Assembly (NCBI GenBank): GCA_003545375.1
Contig: DPYP01000212.1
Span: 1-28,683 of the forward strand
DNA from: Lentisphaeria bacterium
GTDB taxonomy: Bacteria > Verrucomicrobiota > Lentisphaeria > JABSQK01 > CAJWLW01
DNA length: 28,683 nucleotides
Direction: 5' to 3'
Shown here: positions 17,818-25,533 of the stretch, in pieces
Position numbering within the stretch: the first letter of the stretch is position 1
Layout of the letters: the number at the start of each line of letters is the position of its first letter
The notes under the pieces: generated by a model
What the model saw: the letters and a program-made list of their open reading frames with translations, nothing else
What the model was told of the DNA's origin: nothing
Databases searched by the model: none
Program-made: the position numbers and the translations under genes

Positions 17818-18587
17818 AGCCCCGTTGTCTCCTGCAGAAAAATGTCGTGAATAGCGCCGTTGCTGGCGACCAGTTGCCGATTTTTCTCGAATTGATCGCT
17901 ATTGCCGAAATCACTGACGCGACCGCCGGCTTCGTCGCAAATCAGGACCCCGGCTGCAACGTCCCAGGCATTGAGATTGAGCTCCCAGAAGAGGTCATAG
18001 ATACCGCAGGCAACATAGCACAGATCGAGCGCTGCAGAGCCGTCGCGATGAATGTCACGCACGAGATAGACCATCCTGTCGAAGATCGCCATCGTGTCGG
18101 GCTTGACGTTGAACCGTACGCAGGAGAAACCGGTCACCATCAGCGCGTCCTGCAACCTGGCGTTTTGCGAAACCCGGATCGGCCGGCCGTTGCGAAAAGC
18201 GCCGCCGCCGCGTTCAGCGTAAAACAGTTCATCGGTGGGCGGACAATAGACCAAACCGCACTCAGTGATGTCGTCCTTACGATAAGCCAGCGATACACTG
18301 TAGAACGGATAGCGGTGAAAAAAATTTGTAGTGCCATCGATCGGGTCGACGATAAAGACGCCGTGCTCGGTGCTGCCCGCCCCCTCGCCCGACTCTTCTC
18401 CGTCGAATCTGATGTCAGGAAAAGCTTCTGCCAAAGCGTCTTTGAGATACTGTTCGACTTCCCGATCGGCGGTCGTAACCAAATCGACGGGCGTCTTGAA
18501 GTCGACGTCGTTCTCGAGCTCGTTACTGAAATAGGCTCGAGACAGTTCGCCAGCCTGTTTGATGATGGGGATCAGCGTGTCGAGCAT
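17811..18587 (-). CDS. suhB: Inositol monophosphatase family protein (SuhB-like)
   Basis: Motifs DLVTTADREVE, GEE, IVDPIDGTTNF, RDGSAALDLCYVACG and LNAWDVAAG. The start is reassigned to ATG 18587. Confidence 0.93.
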   Translation of the reverse strand: MLDTLIPIIKQAGELSRAYFSNELENDVDFKTPVDLVTTADREVEQYLKDALAEAFPDIRFDGEESGEGAGSTEHGVFIVDPIDGTTNFFHRYPFYSVSLAYRKDDITECGLVYCPPTDELFYAERGGGAFRNGRPIRVSQNARLQDALMVTGFSCVRFNVKPDTMAIFDRMVYLVRDIHRDGSAALDLCYVACGIYDLFWELNLNAWDVAAGVLICDEAGGRVSDFGNSDQFEKNRQLVASNGAIHDIFLQETTGLC

Positions 18588-18716
18588 TGGGCGAAAGACT
18601 GATTGTTGGGCCGGTTGTTCATTGCAGTGTAGTTCACTCAGCGCAGAAGGTACGGCATCCGCCGGGGTATCGCCAATTGCGCGCATTACGGGATTACTGC
18701 GATAAAGTCAGATGCT

Positions 18717-19406
18717 ATGGCTCTCGACATTTTATTCTGTGACAATCATCTGCTGGCCGTGGTGAAGCCTGCGGGCATGCCGGTCGTGCCGGATGACAGT
18801 GGAGATTTGTCGCTTTTCGACATGGCGCGAAGCTGGATCGAAGTAGAGTTCGATAAACCCGGTCGCGCCTTCCTCGGCGTTGTGCACCGTCTTGATCGCC
18901 CAGTCTCTGGCGTCGTTCTGCTTGCCCGCACCAGCAAGGCGGCGTCACGACTGACAGAACAGTTCCGCGAACAACAGGTGACCAAGACGTACATCGCAAT
19001 CTGTCACGGCCTGCCGCGTCAGGATGATGGGAAGCTGGTGCACTGGCAGTCGAAGGACGAGCGTCGAAACCGCGTAACTGCCAGCGCCTCGAAAAGAGGC
19101 AACGCCAAACGCGCCGTCACACAATTCCGGGCGCTGCTCTGCGAAGGCAGGAAGACGCTGGTCGAACTGATTCCGGAAACTGGCCGTCCCCATCAATTGC
19201 GCGCGGCGATGGCGTCGATCGATATGCCAGTCCTCGGTGACGTCAAGTACGGGGCGCCGAAACCGCTGCCGGACAAGACCATTGCGCTGCATGCGCGTGA
19301 ACTTACCGTGGCTCATCCGATCACGAAGAAAGCGACGACTTTCTCATGCCCGCCCCCGGTCTGCCGGTGGTGGGCTCTGGCGCGTCAGGGACACGGCAGG
19401 AAATGA
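18717..19406 (+). CDS. RluA-family RNA pseudouridine synthase
   Basis: Motifs VVKPAGMPV, catalytic VHRLDRPVSGV, KTYIA, TGRPHQLR, PVLGDVKYG and IALHARELT. There is no S4 domain. Confidence 0.94.
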   Translation: MALDILFCDNHLLAVVKPAGMPVVPDDSGDLSLFDMARSWIEVEFDKPGRAFLGVVHRLDRPVSGVVLLARTSKAASRLTEQFREQQVTKTYIAICHGLPRQDDGKLVHWQSKDERRNRVTASASKRGNAKRAVTQFRALLCEGRKTLVELIPETGRPHQLRAAMASIDMPVLGDVKYGAPKPLPDKTIALHARELTVAHPITKKATTFSCPPPVCRWWALARQGHGRK

Positions 19407-19601
19407 GCGGAAACAATTACCCCGTTTTGTAACGTGAGACACCCGCTGCATCACCGGCAGCACACGATTTGCCCCGGATGGGAGCGCTCAGGAAAACCGA
19501 GGATATTTCCGTTCAGCCACTATTTACTTCCGCGGCGACGGGGGCAAAGTATGCCTCGACTTCCACTGATACTACTTTCGCAACACCCCTGGAATGACAC
19601 C

Positions 19602-20084
19602 ATGGAAATCTCGCAGGACATCGCTGTATCCTTCCACTACACCTTGAAGTTAAGCGACGGCGACGTTGTCGATTCTTCTGGGGGCCAGGATCCCATGATC
19701 TATCTGCATGGGCACGGCAACCTCGTTCCCGGTCTTGAATCCGCGTTGCTCGGCAAGAAGGCCGGGGACGTTTTCGAGACGACAATCTCTGCGGCACTGG
19801 GCTATGGCGATCGCAACGACGAGCTGGTGGAGGTGGTGCCGATGGACATGTTCGAGGGCATCGACGACCTCGCGACCGGCATGCAGTTCCAGATCAACAG
19901 GCCGGAAGGCACCCAGATCATCACTGTGGCGGAAATTGACGGCGAAGACGTCACCATCGACGGCAATCACCCGCTCGCAGGTGAAACCCTCCATTTCGAC
20001 ATCGACGTGACAGAAGTCCGCGAGGCCACCCAGGAAGAACTCGACCATGGGCATATCCACGGTCCCGGATGCCACCACGATTAG
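19602..20084 (+). CDS. slyD: FKBP-type peptidyl-prolyl isomerase SlyD with short His/Cys tail
   Basis: Motifs VSFHYTL, YLHGHGNLVPGLESAL, GYG, DGNHPLAGETLHF and REATQEELDHGHIHGPGCHH. The start is reassigned to ATG 19602. Confidence 0.95.
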   Translation: MEISQDIAVSFHYTLKLSDGDVVDSSGGQDPMIYLHGHGNLVPGLESALLGKKAGDVFETTISAALGYGDRNDELVEVVPMDMFEGIDDLATGMQFQINRPEGTQIITVAEIDGEDVTIDGNHPLAGETLHFDIDVTEVREATQEELDHGHIHGPGCHHD

Positions 20085-20091
20085 CCCCTGG

Positions 20092-21255
20092 TCAGCCCCG
20101 CAATGCGTTCAAACGCTTCTGTGACGGCAGCACCAGCACCGTCACCAGCATGGCGACAGCGAAACCGGTGGCCCAGTACAACGGTGTGCGGGCCGAGAAA
20201 TTGTCGACCAGCGTGCCGACCAGCCAGGGCCCCGTAAGCGTCGAGATCCCCGACGCGAAACCGATGAGCATGCCGGTCATCCACCGGCCGGCCTGCGACA
20301 CCAGCCCCTGGCCAAGTTGAATCACGATCGCAGTCGTCCAGGCCATTCCGACACCGATGAACGCCAGGCAGATGATCATCGACGTGCCTTCGAAAATCGG
20401 CAATAGCAGCAGCGGAATCAGTGACAGCGCGGTGGAACCGGCGCAGATGATCCGCTCGCGCCCGACTGCGGCGGTCATACCGCCGAGCAGCAGGCCGAAA
20501 GCCTGTGAGCCGTTGAAGATCGATTGCCACTTTCCGATCATGATCTGACCGTGCCCCGCAGCAACGAGGTAGGGCGGGATGGTGTACAACAGCACGTACA
20601 CGCAGAAGAACCGCATCGTATTCATCGCGATAAGCAGCCATACCGGCCAGTGCCGGCCGGCCAGCGCCTGAAGCCATGATACCTGGCCATCACTGTCGCG
20701 GGTATGGCGTTCGATCGGTCTGCCGAACATGACTACGCCGACAACGATCAGCACCAGCCCGGGCGCGATCGCCAGGATCGTCTGAGTCGTTACGGACGTT
20801 TCGGATTCGACTACATAGCTGATCCATAACGGCCCGACCGCCTGACCGAGAAAACCGCCGACCAGAAAAACGCCAAGCGTCCGGGACATCCCGGTGCGGC
20901 CCAGGCGCGTTGCGGTAATTCCTGCTTCCGGATGAAAGAAACCGACACCGCAGCAACCGATCATGATAAAGAGGACGGATGGCAGCAGCGGCTGTTGGAG
21001 CATCACCATGCTTATACCCAGCACGGCCACGACTGGCCCAAATGACAGCAGTCGCCCCACATTCACCCGGTCCGACAGCATGCCCCAAAGCGGCTGGCAC
21101 AATCCGAATGGCAGCGTGCAGAGCCCCAGGATCATGCCGATCTCTGTAGCACTGAGGTCGTATCGCTGCTTGATCGGCAGCCACAACGCGGGAATCATCA
21201 GCGCGTAGCTGTCGATGACAAAATGAAGGATGGCCAGAGCGGAGATTCGTCGCAT
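20092..21255 (-). CDS. MFS transporter (Fsr/fosmidomycin-resistance-like)
   Basis: HFVIDSY..IPALW, QPLWGMLSDR and GVGFFHPEA match the Fsr family pattern; about 12 TM segments. Confidence 0.85.
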   Translation of the reverse strand: MRRISALAILHFVIDSYALMIPALWLPIKQRYDLSATEIGMILGLCTLPFGLCQPLWGMLSDRVNVGRLLSFGPVVAVLGISMVMLQQPLLPSVLFIMIGCCGVGFFHPEAGITATRLGRTGMSRTLGVFLVGGFLGQAVGPLWISYVVESETSVTTQTILAIAPGLVLIVVGVVMFGRPIERHTRDSDGQVSWLQALAGRHWPVWLLIAMNTMRFFCVYVLLYTIPPYLVAAGHGQIMIGKWQSIFNGSQAFGLLLGGMTAAVGRERIICAGSTALSLIPLLLLPIFEGTSMIICLAFIGVGMAWTTAIVIQLGQGLVSQAGRWMTGMLIGFASGISTLTGPWLVGTLVDNFSARTPLYWATGFAVAMLVTVLVLPSQKRLNALRG

Positions 21256-21447
21256 GATCGAAGCTGGAAAGGGGCTGACAAGTGGTTTACAAGCGCTATC
21301 TTAGACAGCCAAAGCGCTATTGACCAACGGTCTCCTCGACAACAACCTTTATTTTTTCGCCGGCATGACTGAAATTGACAGGCCCGGCGAATACAAATCT
21401 TGTACCTCACCCGCACTCTCAAAACCCACAATCAAGGAGGAATGGTG

Positions 21448-21861
21448 ATGCGGTATCTGTCCATCATGATTCTCGTCCTCGGCCTCGCCGGCACGCAAGT
21501 GCTGGCCTCCGACAACAAGAACGGCAGCAACAAGGAAGCGGCATCCAGCGCCGAAGCGGACGATGCCATCAAGATCTGCCTGAAATGCGGCGAGATCAAA
21601 GGCGACGCCAAATGCTGCAAGGCTGAAGGTCGCACCAAGTGTGGCGGTTGCGGGTTGCTCAAGGGCTCGGTCGGCTGCTGCAAAATCCCGAACACCATCT
21701 GCAAAAGCTGCGGCGAGATCAAGGGCACTGCCAAGTGCTGCGACGCCGAAGGTCGCACCAAATGCGGCGGCTGTGGCATGTTCAAGGGGGCGGTCGGCTG
21801 CTGCAAGATCAAGGCGGACGACGGCGACAAGAAGGGAAATGCCGAGGGTAGCGGCAGATAA
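21448..21861 (+). CDS. Exported cysteine-rich repeat protein (137 aa, 16 Cys), function unknown
   Basis: Strong AAGGAGG RBS (21434-21440) 7 nt before ATG 21448. Sec signal MRYLSIMILVLGLAGTQVLA. Four CxxCGxxKGxxxCC motifs. Has its own terminator. Confidence 0.88.
   Translation: MRYLSIMILVLGLAGTQVLASDNKNGSNKEAASSAEADDAIKICLKCGEIKGDAKCCKAEGRTKCGGCGLLKGSVGCCKIPNTICKSCGEIKGTAKCCDAEGRTKCGGCGMFKGAVGCCKIKADDGDKKGNAEGSGR
21574..21810 (+). repeat. Intragenic tandem duplication, period 123 nt (41 aa)
   Basis: ICLKCGEIKGDAKCCKAEGRTKCGGCGLLKGSVGCCKI versus ICKSCGEIKGTAKCCDAEGRTKCGGCGMFKGAVGCCKI: 31/38 aa identical by manual count. Confidence 0.95.
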
Positions 21862-21889
21862 CACTGCTTAGCCATCCGGAAGTTCTCAT

Positions 21890-21928
21890 AGCGCTGCGGC
21901 ACCCGACCGGTGCGGCAGCGCTTTTTTT
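21890..21928 (+). terminator. Intrinsic terminator after the Cys-rich gene
   Basis: AGCGCTGC-G-GCACC-CGACC-GGTGC-G-GCAGCGCT followed by a T-run to 21928. Confidence 0.88.
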
Positions 21929-22064
21929 GTGACTCTTTGTCTTTCTGTTGTTGCGATTGAAAGGAGTAGATTACGAGGAGAAGATCAAGATCTGTCCCGC
22001 TGTTTGAACTGACACCTGTCGCAGACCCTGAGTTCTGTCGGAGGACAACCTGGCATCTCGAATC

Positions 22065-23045
22065 ATGATCCCCGAAGTTCATGTCGATCTTGCGGCCGAT
22101 GCGGCCGACCGCTGGCACCTGCCTGAGGCTCTGGCGGACCAGGCCCACGAGCTGCTCGATCTCTACAATGCCGACCTTGGGGGCACCAATTTCCTGGCGC
22201 AGCACGGTGATCATCTGCAGCAATTTGTCGACGCTCATGTACCGTCAGGAATGTACGAAGAGATCGTTGGCCTGGCTGAGCGCATGAACCGGCCACTACC
22301 CGAACTGCTGCTGGCCAACCTGCACTACGACGTCATCAAATTCCTCGGTTCAAACAGCCGTGCCGGCTGTACGGCATTCGCGATCGACACCCCGGCCGGG
22401 CCGGTGCACGCACGCAACCTCGACTGGTGGACCGAACTGGATATTCTGTCGCGTTTCACGATGCTGGCACATTTCACCGGGGCACCGGCCGGGCGCTTCT
22501 CTGTTGTTACGTGGCCGGGGTTTCTCGGGGCGTTTTCCGCGGTTGCTCCGGGGCGTTTCACCGTGACACTAAACGCTGTTTCCAGCAACGAGCCTGCAAG
22601 TTTCTCGATCCCGGTAACGATGTTGATCCGGTCGGTACTGGAAAATGTCGCAACCTTCGATGATGCAGTGACGACTCTGGCGACCACGCCGATCGTCTCC
22701 GACTGCATGCTGCTGCTTACGGGAACTGAGCAGGGCGAGATGGCGGTCATTGAGCGAACACCGACAAAACACGCGATTCGCCGACCGGAAAACGGCTGCA
22801 TCATAGTCACCAACGATTACATCCTGCTGGCAGACGAGACGGCAGCAGCGACCGACAGCGAGCTCGAATCGACGTCTGGCGGACGCTTCGAAAGCGTCCA
22901 GTCACAACTGCGCAAGGGCTGGCCCGGGTCGGTAGCCGAATGTCTGCCTATCCTCCGAGACGCGTCGGTGCAAATGGATATCACCGTACAGCAGATGGCC
23001 TTCAGTGCGGCGACCGGCGAGTACATCGTACGCCCGGTGGTTTAG
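22065..23045 (+). CDS. Ntn-hydrolase, C45 / acid ceramidase-NAAA-like amidase
   Basis: Autocleavage/nucleophile site G|CTAFA, HARNLDW, VTWPGFLGAFSAV, FTVTLNA and IVTNDY. The N-terminal PEVHVDL....DRW resembles the acid-ceramidase/NAAA alpha-chain start. Confidence 0.85.
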   Translation: MIPEVHVDLAADAADRWHLPEALADQAHELLDLYNADLGGTNFLAQHGDHLQQFVDAHVPSGMYEEIVGLAERMNRPLPELLLANLHYDVIKFLGSNSRAGCTAFAIDTPAGPVHARNLDWWTELDILSRFTMLAHFTGAPAGRFSVVTWPGFLGAFSAVAPGRFTVTLNAVSSNEPASFSIPVTMLIRSVLENVATFDDAVTTLATTPIVSDCMLLLTGTEQGEMAVIERTPTKHAIRRPENGCIIVTNDYILLADETAAATDSELESTSGGRFESVQSQLRKGWPGSVAECLPILRDASVQMDITVQQMAFSAATGEYIVRPVV

Positions 23046-23150
23046 GCAGTGGAAGGATGTCGAAATGGGGAAGGCCCGGAAGAATAATTAATTGGTCCTG
23101 GATGGTTCGGTAGGGTCGGTGTAACGGAACCCGCATGACGAACGGCACTA

Positions 23151-23702
23151 TCATTCATCGGTCGTCTTCGTCTCGGCCTTGGTCGTTGCAGCATTGGCTG
23201 CGACGAAATCGAGCGCCGCCGAGTTGATGCAGTAGCGCAAACCGGTCGGCTTGGGACCATCGCGAAAGAGGTGTCCGAGGTGGGCGTCGCAGCGGCTGCA
23301 GACCACCTCTGTACGCACCATGCCGTGGCTGCGATCCGTGTGTCCGACAACTTTCGATTCGTCGGCGGTATAGAAACTCGGCCAGCCGGTGCCGGACTCG
23401 AATTTGGTGTCCGAGTGGAAGAGATCCTGGCCGCAGCAGACACAATGATAGGTGCCATCGGCCTTGTGATCATTGTATTTGCCGGTCCCGGCGCGTTCCG
23501 TCCCAGCCTGGCGCGTGATGCGGTACTGTTCGCGGGTCAATTGCTTACGCCATTGCGTATCGGTCTTCACGACTTTTCCATCGGCGTTGGCCGTTGCCTG
23601 GACCACGCCGGCATCGTTGTCGGCCGGATTCGCTGCTGACTCGCGATCGAAGCATCCGGTCAGCAGGACAAACGCCGCTGTCAAAAAAAGCACTTTGCGC
23701 AT
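23151..23702 (-). CDS. msrB: Peptide-methionine (R)-S-oxide reductase, lipoprotein
   Basis: Motifs [10 protein letters not shown], Zn ligands CVCC and [21 protein letters not shown] and RYCINS. The start is reassigned to ATG 23702 (AGGAG RBS), giving the signal [17 protein letters not shown] with a lipobox. Confidence 0.96.
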   Translation of the reverse strand: MRKVLFLTAAFVLLTGCFDRESAANPADNDAGVVQATANADGKVVKTDTQWRKQLTREQYRITRQAGTERAGTGKYNDHKADGTYHCVCCGQDLFHSDTKFESGTGWPSFYTADESKVVGHTDRSHGMVRTEVVCSRCDAHLGHLFRDGPKPTGLRYCINSAALDFVAANAATTKAETKTTDE

Positions 23703-23947
23703 GATGGTCTCCTGTCGTTCAAGCTGATCATAGTTCGACATCGCGCGAGACCGCCGGGTTCCCATCTGGCCCGGGCATCCCGCGAAACTGCGGAGTTCGC
23801 AGCCATGCGGAGCCGGCATGTTTGTAAACGCCCAATATGTCTCGACGCCAAATAACACTATGCGGGTTAATTCCTGTTTTCACAATCCCTGCCGACAGCC
23901 ACGCCGGCACCCGCGGATGGTTTCTTCTGACGGCCTCCCGGCGCTGT

Positions 23948-24487
23948 TCAAATCGGCGGCAGTGTCGAGCGTATCAGAATTTCGGCCCGCGCCGCGACCG
24001 GCAGTGCCGGTATCCGGATAACGCTGTAGCCAAGCTCGGTGTACACCTCGAAGATCAACGCATGCACCTGCGCCGCCGTCTCCGGATCTTCATAGCGCAC
24101 GCCATCCGCCGACACTTCACCGACCGGCTCCAGCAGGAACACCAGCCCGTAGCGATCACGTGCATTCTCGGCGATAGGCTTCGGCACTGGCAACCCGGCG
24201 ATGCGCAGGTACGCGATGCCGTCGGGGATACCGCGATCACAGAAGACGATCGACGCCGTCGCCCGACCTTCGCGGATCAACTGCTGCTCGAGTACCAGCA
24301 GCTGGAAGGAGATCCTGTCGCGCCATGGCAACGACTCGCTGTCACGCGAGCGCTGTTCAACAATGACGTCACGGGCGGTCTCGCGAACCATGCCGAAGCC
24401 GAGACGGCTGAGGCAGCCGACCAGGGTCGTCTTGCCGACGCCCGGTCCGCCGGTGAGCACAAATCGCCGCGGTGCGGGTGCGGTCAC
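23948..24487 (-). CDS. AAA_28 / NadR-C-terminal-like P-loop NTPase (nucleoside/nucleotide kinase fold)
   Basis: Motifs [35 protein letters not shown] and VRYE. The GTG at 24487 overlaps the msrA stop (GTGA). Confidence 0.85.
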   Translation of the reverse strand: MTAPAPRRFVLTGGPGVGKTTLVGCLSRLGFGMVRETARDVIVEQRSRDSESLPWRDRISFQLLVLEQQLIREGRATASIVFCDRGIPDGIAYLRIAGLPVPKPIAENARDRYGLVFLLEPVGEVSADGVRYEDPETAAQVHALIFEVYTELGYSVIRIPALPVAARAEILIRSTLPPI

Positions 24488-25146
24488 TTCTTGGCTTCGG
24501 CCAGTTTCTTCTTGAACTTCTCGACCTTCGGCCGCACCACAAGCTGGCAATACGGCTGTCGCGGGTTCAAGGCATAATAGTCCTGATGATACTTTTCGGC
24601 ACTGTAGAACTTGCCTGCCGGCGAGAGTTCGGTGACGATCGGGTCATCGAAAACGCCGTCAGCCTCCAGTTCCCTGACCTTGGTCTCGGCCGCCGCTTTT
24701 TGCCCGTCGTCATGGTAGTAGATGACGGAGCGGTACTGCGTACCCTTGTCGTTGCCCTGCCGGTTAAGAGTCGTCGGGTCGTGGCTGCTGAAGAAGGCAT
24801 CGAGCAGTTCGATGTAGCTCGCTTTGGCCGGGTCAAAGGTAATTTGAACAATTTCGGCGTGACCGGAGCGGCCGGAGCACACTTGTTCGTATGTCGGATT
24901 ATCGGTCTCACCTCCGCCGTAGCCGGACACTGCGGATTCGACGCCATCGATGAGCTGGAACACCGCCTCGACACACCAGAAACAGCCGCCGCCGAATGTT
25001 GCAATCCGGGTGTTGCCATCGCTCATCTTTTCTGCTCCGGTAGTGGTTGGTTTCGCTGGTTCATCCGTCTTTTCGGTCCGCCCGCCGGCCAGCAGCAGTA
25101 CCGCCGAAATGAAAATGACTGTAAACGTACATATGATTTTGCGCAT
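24484..25146 (-). CDS. msrA: Peptide-methionine (S)-S-oxide reductase with N-terminal signal/anchor
   Basis: Motifs [55 protein letters not shown] and YC. The start is reassigned to ATG 25146 (GGAGG RBS), giving a hydrophobic leader [21 protein letters not shown]. Confidence 0.96.
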   Translation of the reverse strand: MRKIICTFTVIFISAVLLLAGGRTEKTDEPAKPTTTGAEKMSDGNTRIATFGGGCFWCVEAVFQLIDGVESAVSGYGGGETDNPTYEQVCSGRSGHAEIVQITFDPAKASYIELLDAFFSSHDPTTLNRQGNDKGTQYRSVIYYHDDGQKAAAETKVRELEADGVFDDPIVTELSPAGKFYSAEKYHQDYYALNPRQPYCQLVVRPKVEKFKKKLAEAKK

Positions 25147-25176
25147 GGATGGATGCCCTCCAGTGCCGACTGTGTT

Positions 25177-25182
25177 ACTATA
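25177..25182 (-). promoter_or_regulatory. Possible -10 element (TATAGT) for msrA
   Basis: Same hexamer as the rpsB -10, 31 nt upstream of the msrA ATG. There is no convincing -35. Confidence 0.3.
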
Positions 25183-25533
25183 GCTCTTGAACACGACTGT
25201 AGCGCGAAGCTTTCCGAGCATCGAACCGCTACGGCGCTATAACGGCCGGGGACGGTCGTGTCACATGAGTCTGATACTATTGAGAACCCGTCATCGAGTC
25301 GAGGTTCGGAATGCCGGAATGATCAATCGCCGCCTCAGGCAGCGAAATAGACCGCGGCGTCATAGCGACTGACGCACCGGCGGTCGGCGATGACGGCGGC
25401 ATGGTCGGGCGAGCGTCGGTGCACTGTGCAGCAATGAATAACAGCGCTTTATCGTGCGTCATAACCCGGATAGATTAGTTAAGCTGACGATTGTTCATTC
25501 CGGAGGCATCCGGCAACTGCGGAGGATTCACAA

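Noticed and set aside
21574-21810. The 123-nt tandem repeat as a possible CRISPR array or mobile repeat
   Set aside because: It has two in-frame copies with mostly synonymous divergence and no spacers, so it is a protein-domain duplication.
21929-22064. Purine-rich AAGGAG/GAGGAG tracts and an 11-nt match (ATCAAGATCTG) to the Cys-rich gene downstream of its terminator
   Set aside because: No start codon follows the SD-like tracts, the frame closes after a few codons, and the match is short enough to be chance.
25075-25100. MsrA LLLAGG as a lipobox inactivated by a single mutation
   Set aside because: The codon at the Cys position is GGG, two changes from TGC/TGT, so a single-base loss or sequencing error does not explain it.
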